Positions 1 through 14,141 of a stretch of 56,887 nucleotides of DNA are shown here, one piece after another; within the stretch, counting starts at the first letter, position 1; each line of letters begins with the position of its first letter. The position numbers were made by a program, and so were the translations under genes. A model generated the notes under the pieces. That model was given only the letters and a program-made list of their open reading frames with translations. It was not told the DNA's origin and did not search any database. Origin of the DNA: Octopus bimaculoides (lineage: Eukaryota); contig NC_069006.1 in assembly GCF_001194135.2 (NCBI RefSeq), positions 705,509-762,395 on the forward strand, in the 5' to 3' direction.

Positions 1-56
<56 letters not shown>

Positions 57-574
57 CATGTATGTATAGTTTCTATATTAAACAACAATGTGATGAATGA
101 TGGGTGATTAGTCACAGTTGACTTTCACACACAGACACACACACACTCTATCTCTCTGTATTCAGATCACACACCTTGTACACATACTGTTTATGCCCAC
201 CACTTAATCTCTCTCTCTCTCTCTCTCTCTTTCTGTCACCCTCTCATACACTCACTCCGTTCACACACACACCAGTTCAATTTTATTCCAAGCTGTGACA
301 GTCAATCAGTCGCAGCTTCAAGTGGTCATTTATTTGCTACAGGGAAATGAAAGTGAAGACAGGTGTATTCTGGAGTGTGTTTAAATAACAGATATTAAAT
401 TGGTCAAGTGGATTCCCTCATGGAGTTGCAAGCATGCGAAGAGGAGGGGGAGTCCGGTTATTCAGTTGCTTGCATATAACAAGTGGAATCCTGCTGAGTA
501 ATTAATAGGTTGAGTGAAATCCTGTTTGTTAGCTGTCAATGTTAAGGAAAGTCCTTTGTCTTGTTGCTTCTAAT

Positions 575-1010
575 TTATGTTCCCAGCATCAGTTCAATAA
601 TGACAAAATTATTTTAGAAATTCTCCATTATTTTCATAATTAATTGAAACAAAAGTGATGCATTTCAACAGAAATATGGTAGCAAAATGGCGAAAGTGAT
701 TAAAATTTAAAAAAAAAAATCTTCCATTAAAATTTTGCTATGTTCCAAACACAAGCTTAATAACAACAAAGTTATTTTACTAAATTTGCCATTATTTTAA
801 AAATTACTTGAAATGAAGTCAGTGTATTTCAACAGAAGTATGGTAGTAAAAGAGTGAAAGTGGACTAAAAACCTTCCATCAAAATTCCATATCAATTTAT
901 GTTCCAAACACCAGATTGATAATGTCAAAGTTATTTTACTAAAATCTTCATTATTTTCAAAATTAATTGAAATAAACGAAGTGTATTCCATAAGAAATAT
1001 AATAGTGAAA
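575..1010 (+). repeat. Degenerate ~160-bp tandem repeat, 3 copies
   Basis: Recurring tatgttccaaacac...aaagttattttactaaa...cattattttc...aattaattgaaa...gtatttcaacagaa.tatggtag. Confidence 0.65.
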
Positions 1011-1159
1011 CAGTTTTAAATTAGTCATATAGTGTTAATTAGAACAGAAAAAAAAAAAAAAAAAAAAAAAAAAAACAGAATTCCAAACGATTCAATGAAA
1101 CAGAAACTTAACCCCCTCTCAGGGACAGGTGAAATGTGCTGTTTTAACACATGGGCATA

Positions 1160-1352
1160 CTAAGGCAGTGCTAGGCGAAATGCTTACTGGTATTTCATCT
1201 GTCTTTACGTTCTGAGTTCAAATTCCAGCAAGGTCGACTTTGCCGTTCATCCTTTCGGGGTCGATATATTAAGTACCAGTTGCATACTGGGATTGATCTA
1301 ATTGACTAGCCCCCTCCCTCAAATTTTCAGGCCTTGTGCCGAGAGTAGAAAA
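1160..1352 (+). mobile_element. SINE family D
   Basis: B-box-like GTTCAAATTCC followed by gtcgactttgcc.ttcatcctttcggggtcgat...aagtaccagtt...tttcaggccttgtgcc. Other copies at about 13885-14060, 15345-15575, 31910-32010, 34535-34920, 52195-52350. Confidence 0.7.
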
Positions 1353-1399
1353 GAATACATGGGCATACTGGTAAGTTGCTTGGAGTCTTCACATGTCTA

Positions 1400-1845
1400 G
1401 GTACTCAATTTTGATGTATGTATGCTGCAGTTTACTGTCAATAAATATTATAGGGCCCATGGCATTGATTTGTCAGGGGCGTTTGTGTGTCTAGGCACCC
1501 AATTCTAATGTATGTATGTTGTGGTTGTCAATGAATAAATAATATAGAGCCCAGGTGTTTGAATTGCTCAGAGGTCAAAGGGTTCAATTTTGATCTATAT
1601 ATGCTGCAGTTTGCTGTCAAATACTATAAGGCCCAAGGCATTGATTTGTCAGGGGCATCCAATTCTGATGTGTGGATACTGTGAGTTGTTGTTAATAAAT
1701 ACATACTACAGGGCACATGGCATTGAATTGTTAGGGGCCCTCAGAGGTCTAGGGATTCCAATTCTGATCTATGTATGCTGTAGTTTGCTGTCAAAAATAA
1801 ATATATACCATAGACCAAGTTCATTGATTTGCCTGGGGGTGTATA
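1400..1845 (+). repeat. Degenerate tandem repeat, ~75-100-bp unit, ~5 copies
   Basis: Recurring caatt.tgat.tatgtatgctgcagttt.ctgtcaa...gcccatggcattgatttgtcagggg. Confidence 0.7.
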
Positions 1846-2440
1846 AGACTAAGATGGGGCCTTCACACACACACACACACACACAAACAGATACACATAC
1901 AAACATGTACACATTAATAATTTAGTGTTAGGGATATACTGCAATTCATAAAGGCAAGTACCAAGTTAATAAAGTGATGGAGAGGAAGAGGGTGGTATCA
2001 GGGATGAGACTGGAGAGTGGTCAGTGGGCTAGTAACAAGGTAAAGGGTGGTGGTGGCATTTGTGATGGAGATGAAGGGCAGTGGTGGCTGGTCGCTGGGT
2101 GCCGATTTTTCTTACCCCACGATTCCAAGAGAGAACTCCTTGCAACAATGTCTGAATCAGCAGGGGATGTAGCTTCAGGAGGAGTTAGAGCTTAAAGAAT
2201 AAGAATTCATCATCATCATTACAATCGTCTGTGAAAATATATATGAATAATGACAAATTTCTCGGATGGAAATTTCTATATTTTATGAATGCATTGCTAC
2301 ATATGTTTCCCCATGACATGTGTTTCTTTGTGACTACATTCTCACATCCATCAAATATCATTTATAATACACACGCAAACATGAATATATATTTACAAAT
2401 ATATATATGTGTGAGAAAAATTATGATAAACACAAATGTA

Positions 2441-2682
2441 TATTATTAGTTTCTGCATATATTTCACAATTATGGTCTCTTGGAACCTTGCATTGGATGT
2501 TTAACCAGGACAAACGATCAGGGAACACTTTATGGCATTAAATTACAGATAGCTAATCTAACTTAATGCAATAAAGTGTTCCCTGGTGATCCATTCTGTT
2601 TAAGCCTCTAAATGCTCTTGGAACATGCAATGTAGGGTTCCAAGCAACCATAATGGTGAAATGTATGTGAGAACTAATAATA
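2441..2682. mobile_element. Foldback element with nested inverted repeats
   Basis: Outer arms 2441-2496 / 2628-2682 and inner arms about 2517-2541 / 2563-2587 (cagggaacactttat / ataaagtgttccctg). Confidence 0.7.
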
Positions 2683-2858
2683 CGAACTCGAGTTTATCAT
2701 AATCTCTCATACATTTGCCCTGTATTTCGTAACTAGTAAGACAATTAAGTACAGTAGCCACTTAACCACTATACCGAAAGCAGGCTGGACTAAGATGGTC
2801 TATGTGGAGCTCCAAACTTAACGGTAGCAGTTGTACATTTATCTGTACACAAGATATA

Positions 2859-2889
<31 letters not shown>

Positions 2890-3023
2890 AGCTATTTGTT
2901 AATGGTACCACTAACTTAAAGATTGTTATAAAACATGAATGTATTTGTGTTGTTGTAATACATAATATAAAAATACAAAAATAAAATGTGAAAATTAGAC
3001 CATGTTGGAATGACTCTGTGTGT

Positions 3024-3154
<131 letters not shown>

Positions 3155-3903
3155 CAGCAAAATATAACAAAAAAACAAAAAATAACAAAAGTACAAGAAA
3201 AATGTTCATAGTTAATATTATCAGGTGAATACAGAAAGATGAACAGAAAAAGTTGAAGTTATATTTTTGGTGATATTCCTTCTTCAGATACTAAAAGGAA
3301 GCCCAGGAGAGATGGGGGAAAAAAAGGAAAAGAAGAAGGGAGATTAAAAAAAAAAAAGATGAAGAGAGTCTGATAAAAAAAAATGATGTAGATTTGAAGT
3401 CCATGTTTGTTAAAATTTCCATTTTCTGAAAATGGCAACAGAAAAGCAATGATGTGAAATGAATGAACAAAAGATTATCTTTTATCTCTTAGCTTTGTTT
3501 TACTGGTTTCTGTAACTGGACTGCGGCCATGCTGGAGCTCTGCTTTGAATGGTTTTAGTTGAACAAAATCCACCCCGGTACTTAATCCTAAGTCTGGCAC
3601 GTAATCTCTTGGTGTCTTTTTGCCAAACTATTGTTACAGGGACGTAAACAAACCTACAGTAGCTGTCAAGCAGGAGGAGGGGGACAAACTGACACAAATA
3701 GATCATTTATCATCATCGTCATTTAACGTCCGTCTTCCATGCTGGCATGGGTTGGACGTTTTAACAGGAGCTGGAAAGCCAGAGGACTGAGCAAAGCTCC
3801 ACTGTTTGTTTAGGTACGGTTTTTACAACAGGATGCCCTTCTAACATCAACCAATTTATAGAGAGGACTGGGGGCTTTTTACTTGGCACCAGCACACACA
3901 CAG

Positions 3904-3934
<31 letters not shown>

Positions 3935-4738
3935 CATATATATATATATATATAGATTCAGGTGAATATGGTACTTAACGCATATAATCAATAAGTTCCT
4001 TTAAAAGAACTTATTGATTATATGCGTTTTGCTCCATTTATTATTATTCTTTATATCTACTCAAAATGCATCACTTTAACATGGAATTTCTACCCATTAA
4101 CCGGGTATGATATCCCAGTTTTTGTGTGATTTTTGCTACCCTGGTAACTATTAACATATTTGCATTATCAAAGTTTTTCAACCAAGATAATATTAATATA
4201 TACATAAATTAAAATATATATATACATATATGTATATATACTGTGTAGGTAGGTTAATGAAACATGTGTAATAGTGAATAAGTAGTGCCAATATATTTTC
4301 CAGCTTCCAATATTAAGATTGGTAGATAGTTAAGTAGATAGACAAAAATGTACAAATGTATACGTCCACTCATATATTTAATGGAACAACTATTTTATAC
4401 ATAAATACACACNNNNNNNNNNNNNNNNNNNNNNNNNNNNNNNNNNNNNNNNNNNNNNNNNNNNNNNNNNNNNNNNNNNNNNNNNNNNNNNNNNNNNNNN
4501 NNNNNNNNNNNNNNNNNNNNNNNNNNNNNNNNNNNNNNNNNNNNNNNNNNNNNNNNNNNNNNNNNNNNNNNNNNNNNNNNNNNNNNNNNNNNNNNTTTAT
4601 GTTTAATATATATGGTCGTGTATGCTCACCCACATATATTAAAAACATACACACACACACATATAATTATCAACTGATTTGTAGATTCCACTTACTGACA
4701 CAAAACAGACACCAGAGATACAACAATCACAACAACAA

Positions 4739-4789
<51 letters not shown>

Positions 4790-7119
4790 GATACCACCAC
4801 CAGTGCCACCATCAGCTTAAACCTCACCACAACCACCTCCCCTTTCTCCACCCCCAACTCACCCCTATCATATAAGCCAGTCTAAACAAATACCACTAAA
4901 TCAATAGACATTTTTTTTCTATTTTTTTTGCAGTAAAAACAATCAGTTTAGATCAGATGATCAAAAAAGTAATATCGAATTGATGAATGGGGTGTAGGGT
5001 GGGTGGGGTGGCTGTAGAAAATGGCTGAGCAGGGTGGTTGTGGAATGGTTGTAGGGGTGGTTGTAGAGTGGCAGAGCAGAGCGTTATGGGGTGGCAATAG
5101 TGTGGCTGTAGAAACGGCAGGGTGCGGTGAGTATGGGTTACTGGGTGGATGTAAGGGGTGTATGGAGGGTAGGGCGGTGTGTGGGGATGGTCAGGTGGTT
5201 GCAGCAGGGTACATGGAGGATGTGGGTGATCAGGTGGATGGAAGGGGTGCATGGAGGGTAGGGTGGGTTCTAGAGATGGCAGGATGGGATGGGTGTAGGT
5301 TGGGGGTGGCTGTAGAGATGGCAAAGTGGGTGTTGGGACTACATGGGGAAGGGGGAAGATGGCTAGGGGAAGGAAGTGTGTGGATGTTAGGGTTAGGGTG
5401 GTTGTGAAGATGGCAGAATGTGGGTAGCCAAATGGTGAAAAGGAGGACAGAAGATGGAGAGGGGGCAGCTAGGTTTGATTGGTCGGTTGACAAATGGAGG
5501 GAATCTCCCTTAAATTCCCACCCTACTATTATAAAAAAAAAAAAGAAACAAAAACAGTGATGGTCACAGTTGGATTGTCTTTCAGCATAGATTTGTTCTG
5601 TGAAGACTGACATGAATGAAGTTAGACAACATCAACACACCGAGACAAGAGTTATGGGGGTGGGTGGGGGTGGCTGTATATGGTGATGTGGTCTGCTAGA
5701 AATCATAAATGCCAAAATCTCCCTTTGAAGGACATCTTGTCATCTTAACAAAAAAAAGGACACATTAGTTAATGTGATCCCAGATAATGTTGTCTAAAGC
5801 TAAAATAAACAAGGGGTGGCCATGGCCAGAATGTCTCTCTGTCATAGATCTGTTTGATCTGAGGTGACCCTGGTATAAGAACAGAAACATATACTTAACA
5901 TAAAAGACAGCAGGGAGACTGAGAGAGGGGGATGAGGTAGAAGGGAGAGAGAGAGAGACAGTGAGAGAAAGAGAGACAATGAGAGAGAGAGAGAGAGAGA
6001 CAGTGAGAGAGAGAGAGACAGTGAGAGAGAGAGAGACAGTGAGAGTGAGATATAGGAGAGAAAAAGAGAAAGGAGAGAGAGAGAGAGAGGGTCAGTGAGA
6101 GGTGAGAGACAAAGAGGCGTGAGAGTGAGACACAGAAGAGAGACAACGAGAAAGGAGAGAGGGGGAAGAGAGAAAAATGAGGGGGAAGTGAGACAGAGAG
6201 AGAGAAAGGTGATGAGAAGGAGGTGTGTGCGTGTGTGAGAGAGAGGGAAAAGGTGGAGAGGAAGTTAAAAAGCTACTGTGAAAAATATTTACATAAATTG
6301 AATAATTACTACAGAAAAAATATGAAAAACAAAAAAAATTAAAAGAAATGAAAGAAAGAAGGAAGAGGAAGAGGTAAAAATGTCAAAATTAAACTTATAC
6401 TTTCTGATGATGATAACAATGATGATGATGATGGTGGTGGTTGTGGTGTTGGTAGTATTTCTGAAAGATTCTGAAGGAATGCTTTGTTTTGTTAGTGTTT
6501 ATTTATTTACTTTTTTTTTTTTTTCTCAGTAGTTTTCCTTTTCTCCAACTATTTATCAACACAAAAACATTGAACCGATTACTAGGTGTGTGTGTGTGTN
6601 NNNNNNNNNNNNNNNNNNNNNNNNNNNNNNNNNNNNNNNNNNNNNNNNNNNNNNNNNNNNNNNNNNNNNNNNNNNNNNNNNNNNNNNNNNNNNNNNNNNN
6701 NNNNNNNNNNNNNNNNNNNNNNNNNNNNNNNNNNNNNNNNNNNNNNNNNNNNNNNNNNNNNNNNNNNNNNNNNNNNNNNNNNNNNNNNNNNNNNNNNNNN
6801 NNNNNNNNNNNNNNNNNNNNNNNNNNNNNNNNNNNNNNNNNNNNNNNNNNNNNNNNNNNNNNNNNNNNNNNNNNNNNNNNNNNNNNNNNNNNNNNNNNNN
6901 NNNNNNNNNNNNNNNNNNNNNNNNNNNNNNNNNNNNNNNNNNNNNNNNNNNNNNNNNNNNNNNNNNNNNNNNNNNNNNNNNNNNNNNNNNNNNNNNNNNN
7001 NNNNNNNNNNNNNNNNNNNNNNNNNNNNNNNNNNNNNNNNNNNNNNNNNNNNNNNNNNNNNNNNNNNNNNNNNNNNNNNNNNNNNNNNNNNNNNNNNNNN
7101 NNNNNNNNNNNNNNNNNNN

Positions 7120-7150
<31 letters not shown>

Positions 7151-7175
7151 TATGTGTATATATATAAATATAAAT

Positions 7176-7210
<35 letters not shown>

Positions 7211-7945
7211 CACACATACATGAATCAAAATAGTATCTAAGAAATACCTCTACAATACGAGGAAATAACATAAGTGTAAATAAAATCAAAACATAAGTCT
7301 CAGAAGAACAAAAGTTTGTATTTTTAACTTTTAATTTAATATTTTGGATTAAAAAAACTCCTTATCAAGAAAATAGATTACAAACTACCTCTGTCTGCAT
7401 GGATCAAAATAACTCATCTGGATAAGTTATTCTGATCTATGCAGATGAAGCTAGCTTGTCCTTTATTTTCTTGACAAGGGGCAGATTGAAATAAATTTTA
7501 AAATACAAACCACTGTGTAGTTTTGCTCATAATTATTATACTCCTTTATTTCCCAAAATTTCATTGTACTGGGATGATGCTGGGTCGCTGGTTTCAAGGG
7601 TTCTAATACTTATACTTTAAAAAAAAGTCTGATACTTATCGTATCAGTCTCTTTCGTTGAACTGCTAGGTTACACTGATTAATACGAACCAAACACTAAC
7701 TGTCAAGTCATGGAATGGTGATGAACACAGAAACAAACACCATATGTGTATGTATATATATATATATATATATATACACAATGGGCCTCCACACAGTTTC
7801 CATTTGCTAAATTCACTCAGAAAGCATTGGTTAGCCTAGAACTAAAGTAGAAGACACTTTCCCCAGTGTGCTACACAATGCCACTGAACTTGACCACATG
7901 GTTGCAGAGATAGGTTCTTTACAATACAACCATGCATATGCACTT

Positions 7946-7979
<34 letters not shown>

Positions 7980-8395
7980 CATACATACATATGTATATAT
8001 ATTCTTTTATTCTTTTACTTGTTTCAGTCATTTGACTAAAGCACCACCTTTAGTTGAACAAATCAACCTCAGGACTTATNNNNNNNNNNNNNNNNNNNNN
8101 NNNNNNNNNNNNNNNNNNNNNNNNNNNNNNNNNNNNNNNNNNNNNNNNNNNNNNNNNNNNNNNNNNNNNNNNNNNNNNNNNNNNNNNNNNNNNNNNNNNN
8201 NNNNNNNNNNNNNNNNNNNNNNNNNNNNNNNNNNNNNNNNNNNNNNNNNNNNNNNNNNNNNNNNNNNNNNNNNNNNNNNNNNNNNNNNNNNNNNNNNNNN
8301 NNNNNNNNNNNNNNNNNNNNNNNNNNNNNNNNNNNNNNNNNNNNNNNNNNNNNNNNNNNNNNNNNNNNNNNNNNNNNNNNNNNNNNNNNNNNNNN

Positions 8396-8437
<42 letters not shown>

Positions 8438-8800
8438 TATCTTTTTGGAAATATTTGTCTCCAATGATTTGCAAAAGTTCACTAATATTTTCTAAACTAA
8501 ACAACTCCACAACAATGTTTGGCACCAAATATTAGCAACAATCGGCATTATTTTTGGCAATATTTGGCAGTGAGCAGAGGCCATGTGTATGTTTATATAC
8601 GTATGCCTCACTATATATATGTATGTATGTATATGACCTCGAGCAAAAATTTGGTTTGATAGGTGTATATATATGTATGTATGTATTTATATATTTGTTT
8701 ATATATATATATATCATCATCATCATCATCATTTAACATCCATTTTCCATGCTGGCATGCATCTTTGTTTTTGTGTGCTCATTTCTGTTTGTATCTCTGC

Positions 8801-8908
8801 TTATAAGTAAATGTCTGTGTGTATGTATGTGTTGGTTTATAAGTAAATGTCTGTGTGTATGTATGTGTTGGTTTATAAGTAAATGTCTGTGTGTATGTAT
8901 GTGTTGGT
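8801..8908 (+). repeat. 36-bp tandem repeat x3
   Basis: ttataagtaaatgtctgtgtgtatgtatgtgttggt at 8801, 8837 and 8873. Confidence 0.9.
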
Positions 8909-9371
8909 TTTAGTTTACAAAATTCATTCACAAGGCATTGGTTGGTCTGCAGCTATAGTAGAAGACATTTGCACATGGTGCTCCGCAATGGAACTGAACC
9001 AGAAACCACACGTTTCCAAAATGAGCTTCAAAACTTCACAGCAGTACCTAATTCTCAAAAAGTTCCAAACTAACTCAAGGATTGGCAATTTTGTCCATAG
9101 CATTTATCAAATTTATTTTGAAATTAGAAAGACTGCTCTTGTATAGATTAACTTATAATGAAAATTATAATCATCACTGTAATGTTTGAGAAAAAAAAAT
9201 TGAAATTGGAAGGGCCTCACAAATAATGTTGATTTCGTTTTCAAATAGTCTCCCAAAATTATGATGACTTGTAAGTTGATTGACGGCAGAAAGCTCTCTG
9301 AATGACCCATCCTTGTTTCTTCCTATCCTTCTTNNNNNNNNNNGGCGTGTGTACACTTTTGGTCTCCTGCA

Positions 9372-9426
<55 letters not shown>

Positions 9427-9676
9427 TTAAGCATGTTTACATGAGAATAAAAAGATTTTGTTGTGCCTATGTACATAGTTATCTATGTGTGTGTAGACAG
9501 ATAAGAAGACCATTTGTGTGTGTGTGTTCATATATCTCTAATAGTTTCTAAACATGTATTTGTGTGAGTACAGCAATAAGTTATACATATATATTGATCT
9601 ATGTCAGTTTGCACATCCATATATCAAATAGTGTGTGTTTGCACTTGTATAATTAATGTTGTTTGCGTGTGCTCAT

Positions 9677-9718
<42 letters not shown>

Positions 9719-9735
9719 AATCTCTATCTATCTAA

Positions 9736-9777
<42 letters not shown>

Positions 9778-9800
9778 GCCTTTATATCTATTTATCTATC
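9677..9800 (+). repeat. (TATC)n microsatellite, representative of dozens of (TA)n, (CA)n, (GA)n, (CAT/CAC)n, (GGT)n, (ATT)n tracts across the window
   Basis: Directly visible. These tracts explain most poly-I/Y, H/T, V/C, poly-H and poly-V ORFs in the track. Confidence 0.95.
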
Positions 9801-10239
9801 TATCAATCTATATGTGTGTATGAACAGGTGTTTTTAAATATGTATAAATAGTTGATTGGTTGCTATGAGTGAGTATATATGTGTGCTAGTATATATATAC
9901 ATGTGTGCGTGTGTGGTTAAGATTAAGATGTGTTTGCGCACACATCTGTTAGATATGAAAGTAATAGCACATTAGCATGCACACCGTGTGTGTGTGTGTG
10001 TGTGAGTTTGTATGTGTATTTATAACTAATTATCTTTATAGATATAGGTTTATATCATTTTATGTTTCTATATGAATGTAAATGTGAGTGCATGTTGGTA
10101 TGTTTGAATAGGTGTGTTTCTATATGTACTGCTCTGTGTGTATGCACATGTGTTTGTATGTGTATTGAGAAGTTTGAACACACGTGCATGTGTGCATGCA
10201 TGCACATATATATATGTGTGTGTGTGTGTGTATGCATGC

Positions 10240-10299
<60 letters not shown>

Positions 10300-11455
10300 G
10301 CATGTGTATCCAAAACCAGAAATGTTTATATGTATATATATATATATATATGCGTGTGTGTATATATGTGTCTTCCTATCTAGAAGTTTGTAAATATGTG
10401 TGTGTGAGTGTGCATATATTTGTGTGTGTGTGTATATGTATATATATATATATTTGCGTGTATTATATATTACAGTGTCTGCATCTGTGTGTTGGTATTA
10501 AAATGTGTGTGTGTGTGTGTGTGTGCATGTACAAACACAGAACCACGTGCAAAAACTTGCGTGTATATAAACCATTTATATTGCGTGTATATATCCAGTA
10601 ACGATCAGTACCAATGGTTTCTTTTTTTTATCAATAGGAAGTGCACTCACTCACTCACTCGCACACACCCTCACACTTAAGCACATTTACAGACAACTCT
10701 GCTAATTAGTATTAGTTTCTTGTTTTTAATTATTTACCTGCAATGGATGACATCAATATCTCAGTCACTATCATCACCATCACCACCACTATCATTATCA
10801 CTATCACCACCATCATCATCATCACCTCTTCCACTATCATATTATCACCGCCACCACCACCATCTCCTCTCCCACTATCATGATTGTCTTTACCACCACC
10901 ACCATCACCACCACCACCACCACTGCCATTGTCTTCCATATCTTTGTCCTTGTAACCATCATCCCTTTAAACGGTCCTGTTTGGTGATCCATCTGAACAT
11001 CGGTCAATGGCTCTCTTGACCAGTCTGTCCAGGTTAGGCATTCCTCACCCCCTCCACCCCATTAATGGCGTTCCTGTTACCAATAACTCATGCATAATTG
11101 AATGCAGCCATGCATATCTAACGCTTGGGTTTATTACAAGTACAACATGGCTTCTCTGTCAACTAGTTTAAAAGAAATCACTATTGTTATTACCTCTCTA
11201 AGCATAGACCTGTGAGTCAGAGAAGGGGAATCAGAGAGGGCACCTGGCCTTGGTGGTCGATGAGATCTTGGACAGTGGGGTTCCTGGATTATCCCTAGGG
11301 GTCATCCTGTATCAGGAAGACTACATCTCTGTCATCCCCGACCTTTCAAAATTCATTTTTTTTAACCTTTGTATTCTGTGTATTTTCCTTCCTTTTCATT
11401 GTATACAGTGTATACTTATTTTTTTGTTATTTATGTATTTTATCATCTCATCATG

Positions 11456-11836
11456 TGGAGGTGCAATGGCCCAGTGGTTAGGGCAGTGGACTCGCGGTCA
11501 TAGGATCGCGGTTTCGATTCCCAGACCGGGCGTTGTGAGTGTTTATTGAGCGAAAACACCTAAAGTCCCACGAGGCTCCGGCAGGGGATGGTGGCGAACC
11601 CAGCTGTACTCTTTCACCACAACTTTCTCTCACTCTTTCTTCCTGTTTCTGTTGTGCCTGTAATTCAAAGGGGCCAGCCTTGTCACACTGTGTCACGCTG
11701 AATATCCCCGAGAACTACGTTAAGGGTACATGTGTCTGTGGAGTGCTCAGCCACTTGCACGTTAATTTCCTGAGCAGGCTGTTCCGTTGATCAGATCAAC
11801 TGGGACCCTCGACGTCGTAAGTGACAGAGTGCCAAC
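11456..11836 (+). mobile_element. tRNA-derived SINE, family B, near full length
   Basis: Pol III A box TGGCCCAGTGG and B box GGTTTCGATTCC in a tRNA-like head, plus a conserved body. A second copy lies at 44447-44816 (-) and a partial copy at 43600-43870 (-). Confidence 0.8.
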
Positions 11837-13532
11837 ACATCTCCTCATATGTAAACCCTTACACATTGTGTTTGTCTTTGTACTGTCCCTCTCATCCTTT
11901 GCCCTTGTGGCAAATAAATGAAATCATCATTATTATTATTATTATTATTATTATTCATACAATTAGATGGAAGAGCATCAAAGAAAATGCTTAGCAGTCA
12001 CCCGTGCATACCAGCCTCCCCTCTCCACGCCACCAGTGTTATCCAAGGGAAAGGCAAAGGGGCCGATACAGCTTGGCACCAGTGATGTCACAACTCATTT
12101 CTACAGCTGAGTGAACTGGAGCAACGTGAAATAAAGTGTCTTGCTCAAGAACACAACACGCTGCCCGGTTCAGAATTCNNNNNNNNNNNNNNNNNNNNNN
12201 NNNNNNNNNNNNNNNNNNNNNNNNNNNNNNNNNNNNNNNNNNNNNNNNNNNNNNNNNNNNNNNNNNNNNNNNNNNNNNNNNNNNNNNNNNNNNNNNNNNN
12301 NNNNNNNNNNNNNNNNNNNNNNNNNNNNNNNNNNNNNNNNNNNNNNNNNNNNNNNNNNNNNNNNNNNNNNATATATATATATATATATATATATAAGATG
12401 GGTTTCTTTCAGTTTCCATCTACCAAATCCACTTACAAGGCTGTGGTCAGACAAAGACTCTTGCCCAAAGTACCATGTAGTGGGACTGAACCCGGAACCA
12501 TGTGGTTGGGAAGCAAGCTTCTTACTACACAGCCAGAGAGAGAGAGAGAGAGAGAGAAATATACATATGCATGTACAAACACACATCGATGTGTACGGGG
12601 TAGCATTATTATTTGAGTGTATGAAAACTTTCAGGTCAATAGGTCAATATCTTTACTAATTAGCCATCAACAGAAATTCGTAAATATGGTTCTGGCACTG
12701 CTCTTTTAGAAGATTGGTTAATTATAAATTGACTCCTGGATCCATGCCATCGGTTCTTCTTCCTCTTTGTATTTTTATTTTTATTTTTTAAACTTTTCCA
12801 ATTCTTCAGCCAAAATTTCGCCAAGTTTGATTTACAGGTAACCTTTGACCTTTCCAAATTGGATAATACACACATACAACAACTGCTCCACTGATCGAGA
12901 GAGGGAGGGAGGGAGGAAGAAAAGAAGTGTGCAAGAGGAAGGAGTAAGAGAGTGAATAAGGTTAGGGAGGAGTAAATAACTTGATCAACTATAAATAATT
13001 AATCAAGGAAGGTTGCCATAAAAAAAAAACCCTTCCGAGAACCAAACACCCACCCCAACCCATACGAGTAGTGTTGATGAGGGATGGTTGCGTAAGGTCT
13101 GTGTGCAAGGTGGTGGGTGGTCGTTTATAAACAGTCGACGAGAGTGTGGCATTAATTCGTTTAAACAAGTTCATTTCCGCATGTTCTGTTTGTTTCATTT
13201 AGTGCCGCTAATTAATTTAATTATTATATCCCATCACACAAACACACATACATACATATATATATACATGCAATTGCCTATGGCTAAATGACCCCAGATG
13301 AGAGCCACAATGCAGTCGTCTGATTGGCTAGAAATAGCAACCAAACCCACTCCCTCTCAAATTAAGAATATTGGCATATGTTAATATATTAACAAAACAT
13401 TGACAATAGATAATACACACACACACACATATATATATAAATGCTTGCTTTCATGTTCAATTCTAATAAAAACAATTTTACACTAATCTGATGGGTTACT
13501 CTATACTTTAGTAGAGTACAAATATATTATTC

Positions 13533-13600
13533 TTATACAGGAATGTTGACAGTGACTTTGAAGTCCAACGATGGGTTAGCTGGCGGAAACTTCAAAGTCC
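13533..13600 (-). CDS. Candidate terminal coding exon of the TNFR-like gene
   Basis: Acceptor gatgttgtttgcAG|GG. The phase-1 frame gives (G/R)TLKFPPANPSLDFKVTVNIPV*. There is no homology support. Confidence 0.25.
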
Positions 13601-14141
13601 CTGCAAACAACATCCTTGTTTAAGAGTAATATATATATATATATAAATATATATATAGGTGCAGGCATGGCTGTATGGTAAATGGCTTGCTTCCCAACCT
13701 CATGGCTTTGAGTTCAGTCCCATTGTGTGGCACCTTGGGCAAGTGTCTTCTACTATAGCCTCGGGGCAACCAAGGCCTTGTGAGTGGATTTGGTAAACGG
13801 AAACTGAAAGAAGCCCATCGGGAAGACACTCAGCAAGAATGGAAAGAAAATTGAGAGAAGAGGATAACGATGATAATAAAAATAATAATCTTTTCTATTA
13901 AAGGCACAAGGCCTGAAATTTTGGTGGATGGGGTTAGTTGATGACATTGACCCCAGGGCTTGACTGGTACTCATTTTATCAGGTCCGAAAGGACGAAAGG
14001 CAAAGTTGACCAAAGTGGAATTCGAACTCAGAACATAAGGGGCAAATGAAATTCTGCTAATAATATTAATAAAAAACATAAATGAGAAAGTGGCCCCAGA
14101 TGTATATGGAAGAAAGAAACATGAAGGTTAAGTGACTGTAC

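Noticed and set aside
2762-2845. Acceptor near 2844 as terminal exon (DKCTTATVKFGAPHRPS*)
   Set aside because: Weak polypyrimidine tract, 11 kb from exon E, and no supporting motif.
11458-11532. tRNA gene
   Set aside because: The A/B boxes are the head of a SINE that recurs at 44447-44816, and there is no proper acceptor stem.
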